A stretch of 61,407 bases of DNA, taken from positions 1 to 61,407 of the forward strand of contig CACLRL010000006.1 in the NCBI GenBank assembly GCA_902609285.1, given 5' to 3'. This document shows positions 51,113 through 60,667 of this stretch, piece after piece. The stretch's first letter is position 1, and each line of letters opens with the position of its first letter. The notes beneath the pieces are model-generated. The model did no database searches and was not told where the DNA came from. It saw nothing but the letters and a program-made list of their open reading frames with translations. Both the position numbers and the translations under genes were made by a program. Origin of the DNA: an uncultured Candidatus Actinomarina sp. (GTDB lineage Bacteria; Actinomycetota; Acidimicrobiia; Actinomarinales; Actinomarinaceae).

Positions 51113-52294
51113 TTATTTAATAATCGGCATTGAAGTGTTCATTGCATTTTTTAATGCATTTAAAACTAAAGCTTTTTCATTTGCTTGAGAAAACACAAAA
51201 CCTAAGTATTTATCACCAAAAGGTGGTTCTAACAAATCTGAGTTCTCGAAAACAGTTATTTCAACTGCCGATACATTATCAATGTTTTCCAATTCATCTT
51301 GATTAATAGAAACAAATTTACCTGTTTGAGGAGTTGGAAGCATGAGTACGCCAACATAATTACTAAGGAGTTCAACAGGTTTTAATTCATCATATAAAAA
51401 GGCATGTAATGTAATTTCTTCAAGAGATACTTTAAACAAGCCAAAACTTAGACATTTTGAACAAAGGCCACCTATCATTCTTGGATTAATTTCAATAATG
51501 AAAATATTTTCATCAAGTATTTTAAATTCAACATGTACAGGCCCATTCTCAAGACCAATTTTTTTACAAGCATCATCAACTAATTCAACTATTTCATTTT
51601 GTAATTTTTCAGATAGTTCACTTGGGGTTATATAGATTGACTCTTCAAAGTAAGGTTCTTTGTATTCAATTGGCTTATCGAAAATTGTTATTTTATTTAA
51701 ATTAGAATTTATTAAGTTACCTTCTAATGCATATTCTTTACCATCTATATGTTGCTCGATAACCATTTCCCGATCTTCACAATCGTTCATTAAATTAATT
51801 ATGTAGTCTTTGTTTTTATTAAAATTATCTATTTTTAAAACACTTTTGCTTGCTGATCCAAAATTTGGTTTTAAAACTGATGTACCATGTTTTTCCACAA
51901 ACATTGCAATATCTTCAAGACTTTTTATAACCATATTTTCTGCTTTTATATTCGATATTAAATTAAAAGTATTTCTTGAATTAAACTTATTCATTGAATG
52001 CTCTATGGCAAATAATTTATTTCCTTTAGCATCTAATAAATCAACTAGATAACCAGCAAATTTTAATGCACTATGGTCAACTGGAAGTACGTGAGTTATT
52101 TTATTAAGTTTTATTAATGTTTCATTGCTTATTTTTTCAGTAAAATTTTGAATAATTACAGTATCACCAAATTGACTTGATACTTGATCGCTGTCTGTAA
52201 TTACCAAAAAATCGATACCTAATCTTTCTGCAGTTTGTACAAAATCATTGGATTTATAGCTATTTTCTGGGATTACTAACAATAGTTTATTCAT
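51113..52294 (-). CDS. ATP-grasp domain protein (L-amino-acid ligase-like)
   Basis: VLKP..GSASKSV, EQHIDGKEY, GPVHVEF, IEINPRMIGG. Confidence 0.85.
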   Translation of the reverse strand: MNKLLLVIPENSYKSNDFVQTAERLGIDFLVITDSDQVSSQFGDTVIIQNFTEKISNETLIKLNKITHVLPVDHSALKFAGYLVDLLDAKGNKLFAIEHSMNKFNSRNTFNLISNIKAENMVIKSLEDIAMFVEKHGTSVLKPNFGSASKSVLKIDNFNKNKDYIINLMNDCEDREMVIEQHIDGKEYALEGNLINSNLNKITIFDKPIEYKEPYFEESIYITPSELSEKLQNEIVELVDDACKKIGLENGPVHVEFKILDENIFIIEINPRMIGGLCSKCLSFGLFKVSLEEITLHAFLYDELKPVELLSNYVGVLMLPTPQTGKFVSINQDELENIDNVSAVEITVFENSDLLEPPFGDKYLGFVFSQANEKALVLNALKNAMNTSMPIIK

Positions 52295-52334
52295 ATTTAT
52301 TTACACATATCTTGAACTTACTAATATTAAGTAT

Positions 52335-52967
52335 ATGACTGATGAGTTTAAATTCAATATTGGAGACAGTGCTGTTAGTAAGATTCTTGAGTTAAAAGAA
52401 CAAGAACCTGGAGATAAAGATTATGCTCTATTTTTACAGATTGACGGTGTACAAGGAAATCAATATACATATGATCTTAGTTTTTTAGATCTTGAACAAG
52501 CTAGACCAGATGATAAACGAGTTGATTTTGGTGATTTATCTGTAATTATAGCCAGTAAAGATGTTGATAACTTTAATGGTGCAGTATTAGAAATATCTGA
52601 TGATCCAAATGCACCAGGACTCACAATGGACAACCCAAATACTCCAAGTCCTTCAATGGTAGGTAACCCTGAAGATTTACCTGAACTTACTGGTGAACTT
52701 GCAGAGAAGGTACAAACAGTTCTTGAAAGCCAAATTAATCCAGCAATAGCATCTCACGGAGGAAAGGCATCTTTAGTTGGTATTGAAGGTCAAGATGTTT
52801 ATCTTAGACTTGGTGGGGGCTGTCAAGGATGTGGAATGGCTCAAGTAACACTTACTCAAGGAATAGAAACAGCTTTACGAGATGCTGTACCTGAAATAGG
52901 AAATATTATTGATGCAACTGATCACGCTTCAGGAAATAATCCGTATTTCGAATCGTCTAAAAAATAA
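52335..52967 (+). CDS. nfuA: Fe-S biogenesis protein NfuA (degenerate ATC domain plus Nfu domain)
   Basis: INPAIASHGG, GGGCQGCGMA, TL.QGIE, DATDH..G.NPY. Confidence 0.9.
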   Translation: MTDEFKFNIGDSAVSKILELKEQEPGDKDYALFLQIDGVQGNQYTYDLSFLDLEQARPDDKRVDFGDLSVIIASKDVDNFNGAVLEISDDPNAPGLTMDNPNTPSPSMVGNPEDLPELTGELAEKVQTVLESQINPAIASHGGKASLVGIEGQDVYLRLGGGCQGCGMAQVTLTQGIETALRDAVPEIGNIIDATDHASGNNPYFESSKK

Positions 52968-53942
52968 TTAAAAACTGATTACTGTTTTCCCAATATTTTT
53001 TCTAGATAGAAAGTTTTCAAGTGCTAAAGAAGTCTCTTCTATTGGATGAATATTTTTTGGTTGTATCACTAGTTTATCCTTTTCAATAAATTCAATTAAT
53101 TCTTTAAAGTCTTCAGCTGTCTCTTCAGGAGAGGTTGTAGTCCATCTTCCCCACCAAACTCCAACTATTGAGACTCCCTTAACAAGAGTTAAATTTAATG
53201 GAATTTTTGGTATGTTGCCATCTGTAAAACCTATTACAAGCAATCTTCCATTCCATGCTGTTGCTCTCAATGCTTGTTCTGTTACATCTCCTCCAACAGG
53301 ATCCATAACAACATCTACTCCTTTTCCATCAGTAAGTTCTTTTACTGTTTCCTTCAGTTCAACTTGATCATATCTAATAATTTCATCTGCCCCCAATGAC
53401 TTAACATATTCTGCTTTTTCATCACTGCCAACTGCACATATAGTTTTGACTCCCATTATTTTCGCTAATTGTATCGTCGCCGTCCCTATACCCCCTGACG
53501 CACCAAGAACAAGAAGAGACTCATTCTTTTGAATATTTGCTCTTCTTTTGAGTGCGTAATAACAAGTTCCATAATTTATAGGCAAGCTTGCCCCAGCCAT
53601 TGAATCGACTTTTTTTGATACAGGTATAACAAGATTCTTATCTACAGAAACATATTCAGAAAAACCTCCTATTGGCGGCAAAGCTATTACTTTGCTCCCA
53701 ATCTTAAGATCAACATCATCTCCAGTTTCTTCAACATATCCACAAACTTCATTACCAGGAGTAAAAGGTGGGTCCATTACTATTTGATATTTACCTTGAA
53801 CCATTAAAGCATCTGGAAAATTCACACCTGCTGCTTGTACTTTTACTAGTACTTCATTTTTACTTGGCTTTGGTGTTTCAATATCTTTTATCTCAAGTAG
53901 ATTAGGATCACCTATTTTTGTACAAACAACAGCTTTCATCAA
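52968..53942 (-). CDS. NADPH:quinone oxidoreductase-like MDR protein
   Basis: AAGVNFPD, PPFTPG.E, LGASGGIG, GVDVVMDPVGG, GRLLVIGF; no Zn-ligand pattern. Confidence 0.9.
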   Translation of the reverse strand: MMKAVVCTKIGDPNLLEIKDIETPKPSKNEVLVKVQAAGVNFPDALMVQGKYQIVMDPPFTPGNEVCGYVEETGDDVDLKIGSKVIALPPIGGFSEYVSVDKNLVIPVSKKVDSMAGASLPINYGTCYYALKRRANIQKNESLLVLGASGGIGTATIQLAKIMGVKTICAVGSDEKAEYVKSLGADEIIRYDQVELKETVKELTDGKGVDVVMDPVGGDVTEQALRATAWNGRLLVIGFTDGNIPKIPLNLTLVKGVSIVGVWWGRWTTTSPEETAEDFKELIEFIEKDKLVIQPKNIHPIEETSLALENFLSRKNIGKTVISF

Positions 53943-55393
53943 TCTTCTCTTTCGATTATTCCAGAGAGCTTCTTTGCAAAGTTTTTCTTTTCTTCAATAT
54001 CTACTTTTCTAGAAATTTGTATTCTTTGAGCTTGTGGTGATCCAGCACCATGCATTGATTCAGTTAAATAAGCAACAGCATTTCTTCCTAATGTCATATT
54101 TTCAATAAGTCGTAACATGCTTACACGATCTTCGGTATTTATATCTTCTTTGCCTTTCAAGTATTTCAATAAGTTTGGTGACATCTCACTTTCATTTATG
54201 TCAATACCTGAAGGCATGGATGCAACTAGTCCACCAGCTAAATCTTGTGCCAACCTTCCTATCTCATAAGTTTCTTTTGTAACATGCTGTTTGCAGACAT
54301 TTGCTAATAAATCGTCATTTATATAATTTCCACTCTTTGTTTTTTTTCCTTGCAAAGATGAAGCAATTCCCGTCGCATAAATAGTTTCATTTAATTTATT
54401 CATTTCAATTAATTTTTCTTTAATATGTGATTTATCTTCAACACCGTTATATTCGGCAATACTTGCTGCCGCCCCTATCATTACATCCCCAACACCTGAT
54501 TTACATACATACGATCTTCGATGATAACATGTAAATCTTTCGACAAGCATTGCAGCAAAATCATATTCACCATTCATAAATATAAATTCGTTTGGAATGA
54601 ACACATTATCAAAAATAACCATTGCTTCTTGACCAGCAAAATATTTATTTCCAACATCATATTCACCTGGCTCCATACTTCTGGTGTCACAGGATTGTCG
54701 TCCATAGATGTACGTAATACCTTCTGTCTCAATAGGCAACGCTCCTACAATTGCATAATCTTTATCATTTTCAGTAAGCCTTAAAGTTGGCATAACAACC
54801 ATCCAATGAGAATTTATACATCCTGTTTGATGAGCTTTAGCTCCTGAGACATAAACACCATTATCATCTCTATTAACAACTCTCAAATATAAATCTTGAT
54901 CCGCTTGTTGGTGAGGAGGTTTTGATCTATCACCTTTAACATCAGTCATAGCTCCACCAATCACAAAATTACCCTCATGCATTTTTGTTAAAAAATTGAT
55001 AAATTTGTCATGGTAATTTGTTTTATATTTTTCATCAATCTCATAGGTCACTGAATGAAGGGCATTGAATGCATCCATTCCCACACATCTTTGGAAACAC
55101 GTACCAGTTAACTGACCAAGTTTCCTTTGCATTTCATTTTGCATAAATAAATCTTCACTGCTGTTCGCAATATGTAAAAATCGATTAATTGGCTCATTTG
55201 TATAAGGTGAAATAGTTGTAGCCAAATCAGGGTCTCTATCTGCTAATGCATAAGTTTCAGCCATAGCTTCAATACTTGGTTTGATAATTGGATGAGTGAG
55301 AGGATCTTTTACTAGTTCACCCATGAGATAGATAGTTAGATTTCTATTTTTCAGAGAGTTAATATAATCTTGTTTTGTACGAATTTTGTTCAT
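53939..55393 (-). CDS. abfD: 4-hydroxybutyryl-CoA dehydratase/vinylacetyl-CoA isomerase ([4Fe-4S]/FAD)
   Basis: Cluster ligands TCFQRCVGMD and YHRRSYVCK, GAMTDVKGDRS, GAKAHQTG, YGRQSCDTR, TESMHGAGSPQAQ. Confidence 0.92.
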   Translation of the reverse strand: MNKIRTKQDYINSLKNRNLTIYLMGELVKDPLTHPIIKPSIEAMAETYALADRDPDLATTISPYTNEPINRFLHIANSSEDLFMQNEMQRKLGQLTGTCFQRCVGMDAFNALHSVTYEIDEKYKTNYHDKFINFLTKMHEGNFVIGGAMTDVKGDRSKPPHQQADQDLYLRVVNRDDNGVYVSGAKAHQTGCINSHWMVVMPTLRLTENDKDYAIVGALPIETEGITYIYGRQSCDTRSMEPGEYDVGNKYFAGQEAMVIFDNVFIPNEFIFMNGEYDFAAMLVERFTCYHRRSYVCKSGVGDVMIGAAASIAEYNGVEDKSHIKEKLIEMNKLNETIYATGIASSLQGKKTKSGNYINDDLLANVCKQHVTKETYEIGRLAQDLAGGLVASMPSGIDINESEMSPNLLKYLKGKEDINTEDRVSMLRLIENMTLGRNAVAYLTESMHGAGSPQAQRIQISRKVDIEEKKNFAKKLSGIIERED

Positions 55394-55447
55394 ACATCAT
55401 TATAAATTGTAAGTTTGTGATTTAAAATCTAGTTAGAAATTTATAAT

Positions 55448-56626
55448 TTAAATAACTTCAAATAACCCTGCTGCACCCATGCCACCGCCAACACACATAG
55501 TTACAACAACGAATTTTGCGTTTCTTCTCTTACCTTCCATTAATGCGTGCATTGTCATTCTTGCACCAGTCATTCCATATGGATGGCCTATTGAGATTGA
55601 GCCGCCATTGACATTGTAAATACTGTTATCGATACCAAGTTCGTCTCTACAGTATAAAGTTTGAACAGCAAACGCTTCATTTAGCTCCCAAAGGTCTATA
55701 TCTTCAATTTTCAAATTGAATTTATTCAATAAATCTGGAACCGCATACACAGGACCTATTCCCATTTCCTCAGGTGCTAATGCTGATACAGTCATACCTC
55801 TGTAATATCCAAGTGGTTCTAGGCTTCTTTTTTCTGCTTCGCTAGCTTCCATTAGGACAACTGAAGCTGAGCCATCTGATAATTGAGAGGCATTGCCGGC
55901 TGTGATAAACTTTCCTTCTCCGTAAACCGGAGGAAGTGAAGATAAACCGTCTAAATTTGTCTCTGGTCTATTTCCCTCATCTTTTGTTAATTCAACCTCT
56001 TGGTCAGAAACTTCACCAGTTTCTTTATTTTTGACACTCTTAGTTGTAGTTGTTGAAATAATCTCATCATCAAACTTGTTACTTTCTTGAGCTGCTGCAG
56101 TTCTTTGTTGACTTTGTAGGGAATATTCATCTTGATATTCTCTCGAAATATTATATTTTTCAGCAACAAAATCAGCAGTTTCAATCATGGGCATGTAAGC
56201 GTTATCGGCAAGTTTTACAACATTTGGGTCTGGAGCAAATCTCAATTCAGCAGTTTGAACTAATGATATAGATTCGACACCACCAGCAACAACAACATTC
56301 ATATTGTCTGTCATTATTTGTTTCGCACCGGTAGCGATGGCCATCAGGCCGGAAGAACATTGTCTATCTATAGTCATTCCCGGGACTGTAATTGGTAATC
56401 CTGCTGCAATTCCACTCAGTCTTCCAATGTTTAATGCTTGCGACCCTTGTTGTTGAGCACATCCCATAATGACATCTTCAATCTCATTAGGATCAACTTT
56501 TGCTCTTTCGACTGCTTCTTTAATTGAATAAGAACCTAATGTTGGAGCGTCTGTTTTGTTATAAGCTCCACGATAAGCTTTTCCTATAGGTGTTCTTGCT
56601 GCTGATACAATTACTGCTTCTCTCAT
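55448..56626 (-). CDS. Acetyl-CoA C-acyltransferase (thiolase)
   Basis: [33 protein letters not shown]. Confidence 0.95.
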   Translation of the reverse strand: MREAVIVSAARTPIGKAYRGAYNKTDAPTLGSYSIKEAVERAKVDPNEIEDVIMGCAQQQGSQALNIGRLSGIAAGLPITVPGMTIDRQCSSGLMAIATGAKQIMTDNMNVVVAGGVESISLVQTAELRFAPDPNVVKLADNAYMPMIETADFVAEKYNISREYQDEYSLQSQQRTAAAQESNKFDDEIISTTTTKSVKNKETGEVSDQEVELTKDEGNRPETNLDGLSSLPPVYGEGKFITAGNASQLSDGSASVVLMEASEAEKRSLEPLGYYRGMTVSALAPEEMGIGPVYAVPDLLNKFNLKIEDIDLWELNEAFAVQTLYCRDELGIDNSIYNVNGGSISIGHPYGMTGARMTMHALMEGKRRNAKFVVVTMCVGGGMGAAGLFEVI

Positions 56627-56643
56627 TTTTATTATTCTTTCTT

Positions 56644-57105
56644 TTATTCTGTAACTATAAATAAAGTTAAAGGCTCAGCAATTGCTGCTGGTTTATCCTT
56701 ACCTTCTATTTCAATTGTAGCAGTATGTTTTACTAACCATCTACCAGCTTTTTTGTATTGAACATCTGACAAAACAAATCTTCCTCTTATTTTACTATTT
56801 ACAGGGACAGCTTCCATGAAACGAACCTTATCAAGACCATAATTTATTGCCATTTGTATATTTTCTGGCATAACAGTTTTGTCGACTGATAAGAAAGTCA
56901 CCATACTCAACGTCAAGAATCCATGAGCTATTGTAGATCCCCATGGAGTACTTTTAGCCATTTCTTCATCAACATGAATAAACTGATGATCGTTAGTACC
57001 TTCAGCAAACTGATTAATTCTTTCTTGATTTATTTCAAACCAGTCTGAAACACCAACTTCCTTACCGATATATTTTTCCATTTCTTCTGCAGGTACAATC
57101 GTCAT
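56644..57105 (-). CDS. MaoC-like (R)-specific enoyl-CoA hydratase
   Basis: [32 protein letters not shown]. Confidence 0.9.
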   Translation of the reverse strand: MTIVPAEEMEKYIGKEVGVSDWFEINQERINQFAEGTNDHQFIHVDEEMAKSTPWGSTIAHGFLTLSMVTFLSVDKTVMPENIQMAINYGLDKVRFMEAVPVNSKIRGRFVLSDVQYKKAGRWLVKHTATIEIEGKDKPAAIAEPLTLFIVTE

Positions 57106-58118
57106 ATTATCTCCTCTAATAAATTTTCATTTGCAGCTTTGTTTGCAAACTTTATTGTACTGTTCTTAAATGATTCTATTTCATTTTCATTTGTTTTTCC
57201 ATACGATCCCATTGAATACCTGATATAAACTCCTTCCATTATCATTGCATGTTTCCAAAAAGATAATCTTGCGTAAAATTCAATATCACTTAAATCTAGA
57301 TCTGAATTATTTAAATACAAAGCTATTACATCCTTACGTGTTGGAAATCCTTCAGATAGGGTAGGAGAATAAATAAAAGGTGAGTCTTTCTCCTGTTTTG
57401 TATTCCAAGATGCTATTACTGTACCCATATCTGCAAGTGGATCTCCTAGAGTACAAAGTTCCCAATCCAGAACGGCAGCTACTTGATTATCCTTTACTCG
57501 TACATTATCTAATCTGTAATCTCCATGAACTATTCCAACAGTTTGTTGAGAGGGAATATTATCTAGTAATAATTTTGTAGCAATTTCTAATTCTTTTATT
57601 TCTCTAACTTTTTGAGATTGAAATTGTTTATTCCATCTATTTATTTGACGCTCAACATATTCCTCATGTTTTCCTAAATCATTTAATTCTGAACTTATCA
57701 CGTCAAAATTGTGTATTTCAGAAAGAGCTTTAATAAATGATTTCGTAATTGTATTTTTTTGAATTTCATTAAATTCATCAGCTATTTGGTTATTTGCTAT
57801 GGTCTCACCCTCAATAAATTCCATAATATAAAAATCATCTACGGATAATTCTTTCTTATTGTATAAATACATAGGTTTTGGGACCCTTAAGCCATTTTCA
57901 CTTAGAACTTTTAATATTTTGTATTCCCTGCCCATATTGTGTGCAGATTCTAACTTAAGTCCAAATGGAGGTCTTCTCAATACAAATGAGTTTGCATCAT
58001 CAAAAATTTTGAATGTAATATTTGATCTTCCTACGTTAAACTGTTCAAAGTTAAAATCTTCTGAAATGTTTATAACTGAAGAGATATATTTTTTAAGTTT
58101 TTCACTAAAAAAGTCCAT
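57102..58118 (-). CDS. APH-family phosphotransferase (LvaA / ACAD10-11 kinase-like)
   Basis: GRSNIT, VLRRPP, SAHNMGRE, FYIMEF, VHGDYRLDN, VLDWELCTLGDPLAD. Confidence 0.9.
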   Translation of the reverse strand: MDFFSEKLKKYISSVINISEDFNFEQFNVGRSNITFKIFDDANSFVLRRPPFGLKLESAHNMGREYKILKVLSENGLRVPKPMYLYNKKELSVDDFYIMEFIEGETIANNQIADEFNEIQKNTITKSFIKALSEIHNFDVISSELNDLGKHEEYVERQINRWNKQFQSQKVREIKELEIATKLLLDNIPSQQTVGIVHGDYRLDNVRVKDNQVAAVLDWELCTLGDPLADMGTVIASWNTKQEKDSPFIYSPTLSEGFPTRKDVIALYLNNSDLDLSDIEFYARLSFWKHAMIMEGVYIRYSMGSYGKTNENEIESFKNSTIKFANKAANENLLEEII

Positions 58119-58175
58119 TTAAGAACATATTAATGAAAGTTTTTTGGTTCAGTTGTTTAAATTGATACAATAAGA

Positions 58176-59384
58176 ATGATGGATTTTAATTTTTCTAAAG
58201 AATCACTTGAATTACAGGATAAGCTAAAAACTTTTTTCGTAGATCATATTTATCCGAATGAAGACCATTACGAGAACGCAATTATTGACTCTGGTGATCC
58301 ATTGCATATTCCAGAAATCCTAAGTGAACTCAAATCAAAAGCTAAAAAGGAAAATTTATGGAATTTATTTCTCCCTGATAACGAATATGGATATGGGTTA
58401 TCAAATGTTGATTATGCACCATTGGCTGAGATAACCGGTCATAATTGGTGGGCTCCAGAGGTATTTAATTGTTCTGCACCTGATACAGGAAATATGGAAA
58501 TTTTAGCTGAGTTTGGAACATCAGAACAAAAAAAACAATGGCTTGAACCACTTCTTGAAGGAGAAATAAGATCATGCTTTGCAATGACCGAACCAAATGT
58601 GGCTTCCTCTGATGCTACCAATATAGGAAGTTCAATTGTCAGTGACGGAGATAATTATGTCATCAATGGTCGAAAGTGGTGGACTTCAAATGCTATAAAT
58701 CCAAATGCAAAAATATGTATTTTTATGGGTGTTACTAACCCTGATAGCCCTCCATATCAAAGGCAAAGTCAGGTATTAGTACCAATGGATAGCGAAGGAC
58801 TTTCAATAATCAGACCAATGCAAGTATTTGGATATGACGATGGATACACAGGACACCCAGAGCTTTTATTTGAAAATGTTGTTGTTCCAAAATCCAACAT
58901 CATTGGGGGAGAAGGAATGGGATTTAAAATAGCTCAAGCAAGACTTGGACCTGGAAGAATACACCATTGCATGAGGGCTATAGGAATGGCAGAGAGAGCG
59001 TTATCTCTTATGATTGATCGCTCACTTGAAAGAGAAACATTTGGTCAAAAATTGGCTGAACAGGGCGTTATTCAAGATTGGATTGCTCGTTCAAGAATAA
59101 AAATTGAAGAAGCAAGGCTACTAACATTAAAAACTGCTTGGCTTATTGATACTGTTGGTAAAGAAGAAGCAAAAATTGAAATTTCATCTATAAAAGTATC
59201 TGTTGTTGAAGCAGCTTCCTATGTAATTGATAAAGCCATACAGACTCATGGTGCAATGGGGCTATCCCAAGACACTCCGTTGGCAAGAATGTCTGCTGGT
59301 GCTCGCGTATTAAGAATTGCAGATGGACCTGATGAAGTTCATTTGAGATCAATTGCGAAAAGAGAAATTAATAAACATAGGTAG
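58176..59384 (+). CDS. Acyl-CoA dehydrogenase, LvaC/ACAD10-11-type
   Basis: LWNLFLP, APEVFNCSAPDTGNMEIL, AMTEP.VASSDATN, AQARLGPGRIHHCMR, RIADGPDEVH. Confidence 0.92.
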   Translation: MMDFNFSKESLELQDKLKTFFVDHIYPNEDHYENAIIDSGDPLHIPEILSELKSKAKKENLWNLFLPDNEYGYGLSNVDYAPLAEITGHNWWAPEVFNCSAPDTGNMEILAEFGTSEQKKQWLEPLLEGEIRSCFAMTEPNVASSDATNIGSSIVSDGDNYVINGRKWWTSNAINPNAKICIFMGVTNPDSPPYQRQSQVLVPMDSEGLSIIRPMQVFGYDDGYTGHPELLFENVVVPKSNIIGGEGMGFKIAQARLGPGRIHHCMRAIGMAERALSLMIDRSLERETFGQKLAEQGVIQDWIARSRIKIEEARLLTLKTAWLIDTVGKEEAKIEISSIKVSVVEAASYVIDKAIQTHGAMGLSQDTPLARMSAGARVLRIADGPDEVHLRSIAKREINKHR

Positions 59385-59386
59385 TT

Positions 59387-60253
59387 ATGGAAAAAGTTGC
59401 TGTTATTGGTGGGGGACAAATGGGAAGCCAGATTGCTGCCTTATCGGCAATCTCTGGTCATGAAACTAGTATTTTTGATAACAATAAAGAATATCTCGAT
59501 AACAAATTAATATTTACAAAACAAAATATAGAAAACTTAGTTTCAAAAGACTTAATTCAAAAGGAAAGCTTAGATAATTTTAATAAAAATCTTAAAGTCT
59601 ATGATTCACTTGAAACTGTTGTAAAGGATAAAACATTCGTAATTGAAGCTGTTGTTGAAAGATTTGACGTAAAAAAAGATATCTTTGAAATTATTTCTAA
59701 CATTCTTGATGAAAATGTTGTTCTCGCGACAAATAGTTCATTCATAGCTGCATCAGAAATTGCGCAACATTGTAAATATCCAGAAAGATTTCTAAATATG
59801 CATTTCTTTTACCCTCCGTTAAGAATGGATCTTATTGAAATTTCATTCCCAGAATCTACAAAAAAAGAAGTAGTTGACAGGACAAAAGAACTTGGCAATT
59901 TGATGGGAAGAACAGTTATTACTTTAAATAAAGAAACGCCAGGTTTTATCGTAAACAGAATGCTAGGAGCTTTAGTTGATGAGGCTTATGAACTATATGA
60001 TGAAGGAATTGCCGACTTCAAAGATATAGACTTGGCCATTAAAAAGGGTTTAAATCATCCCTTAGGTCCGTTTGAATTAACTGATTACTCAGGCTTAGAT
60101 ATTAGTTATTATTCAAAACTTAAAATTTACAATGAGACAAAAAATCCAAAAGATAAGCCTAAAAAGTTTCTAGAAGAAAAAGTTAAAGATGGAAAATTAG
60201 GGGTAAAAACAGGAGAAGGTTTTTATTATTATGATAAACCTTCAAAATCTTGA
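59387..60253 (+). CDS. 3-hydroxybutyryl/3-hydroxyacyl-CoA dehydrogenase
   Basis: VIGGGQMG, IEAVVE, ATNSS, MHFF, PGFIVNR, HPLGPF, LGVKTGEGFY. Confidence 0.93.
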   Translation: MEKVAVIGGGQMGSQIAALSAISGHETSIFDNNKEYLDNKLIFTKQNIENLVSKDLIQKESLDNFNKNLKVYDSLETVVKDKTFVIEAVVERFDVKKDIFEIISNILDENVVLATNSSFIAASEIAQHCKYPERFLNMHFFYPPLRMDLIEISFPESTKKEVVDRTKELGNLMGRTVITLNKETPGFIVNRMLGALVDEAYELYDEGIADFKDIDLAIKKGLNHPLGPFELTDYSGLDISYYSKLKIYNETKNPKDKPKKFLEEKVKDGKLGVKTGEGFYYYDKPSKS

Positions 60254-60648
60254 TCTTTAAGATTAAAAAAGAATTCTCTTTCAGCTTTTATTTTTAAAAC
60301 TATCCTTTCAGATTGAATTTCAAATGGGTAAGGTTTATCCCAATACTTATGTGACAGATCGTTAATATTTTTTAAAGCGTCATCACCTGTAATTTCACCA
60401 ACTACGACACCTCTAATTTCAACAAATTTAAACTCATTATCATGTTTCCAGATCATAACATTCACTCTTGGATCATCTTTTACATTTAGATATTTTCTCC
60501 GGTGAATTTCTGTATTTATTAATATATTTTCACCATCTGTATCAACCCACATAACATGTGTCTGAGGAGCACCGCTTTTAAAAAGTGTCGTTAAAGTTGC
60601 ATAATTTGGCTCTTTTGCCATTGCAATCGTTTTTTTATCTAATCCCAT
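60229..60648 (-). CDS. PPOX-class putative F420-dependent oxidoreductase
   Basis: ATLTTL..SGAPQT..MWV..DG..ILINT...RRK..N...DPRV, VEIRG. Start moved to ATG 60648. Confidence 0.82.
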   Translation of the reverse strand: MGLDKKTIAMAKEPNYATLTTLFKSGAPQTHVMWVDTDGENILINTEIHRRKYLNVKDDPRVNVMIWKHDNEFKFVEIRGVVVGEITGDDALKNINDLSHKYWDKPYPFEIQSERIVLKIKAEREFFFNLKDQDFEGLS

Positions 60649-60653
60649 ATAAT

Positions 60654-60660
60654 TATCATA
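60654..60660. promoter_or_regulatory. Overlapping -10 hexamers of a candidate bidirectional leaderless promoter
   Basis: TATCAT (+, 60654-60659) overlaps TATGAT (-, 60660-60655) in the 19-nt spacer between two divergent ATGs. Confidence 0.5.
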
Positions 60661-60667
60661 GAATATT

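Noticed and set aside
55399-55447. 10-bp inverted repeat attataaatt...aatttataat between the thiolase gene and abfD
   Set aside because: All A/T with a 29-nt spacer, plausible by chance. One arm is simply the abfD -10 box.
52968-60253. Autotrophic 3HP/4HB or DC/4HB carbon fixation implied by AbfD
   Set aside because: No carboxylase, malonyl-CoA/succinyl-CoA reductase or mutase is in the window, and the context is catabolic.
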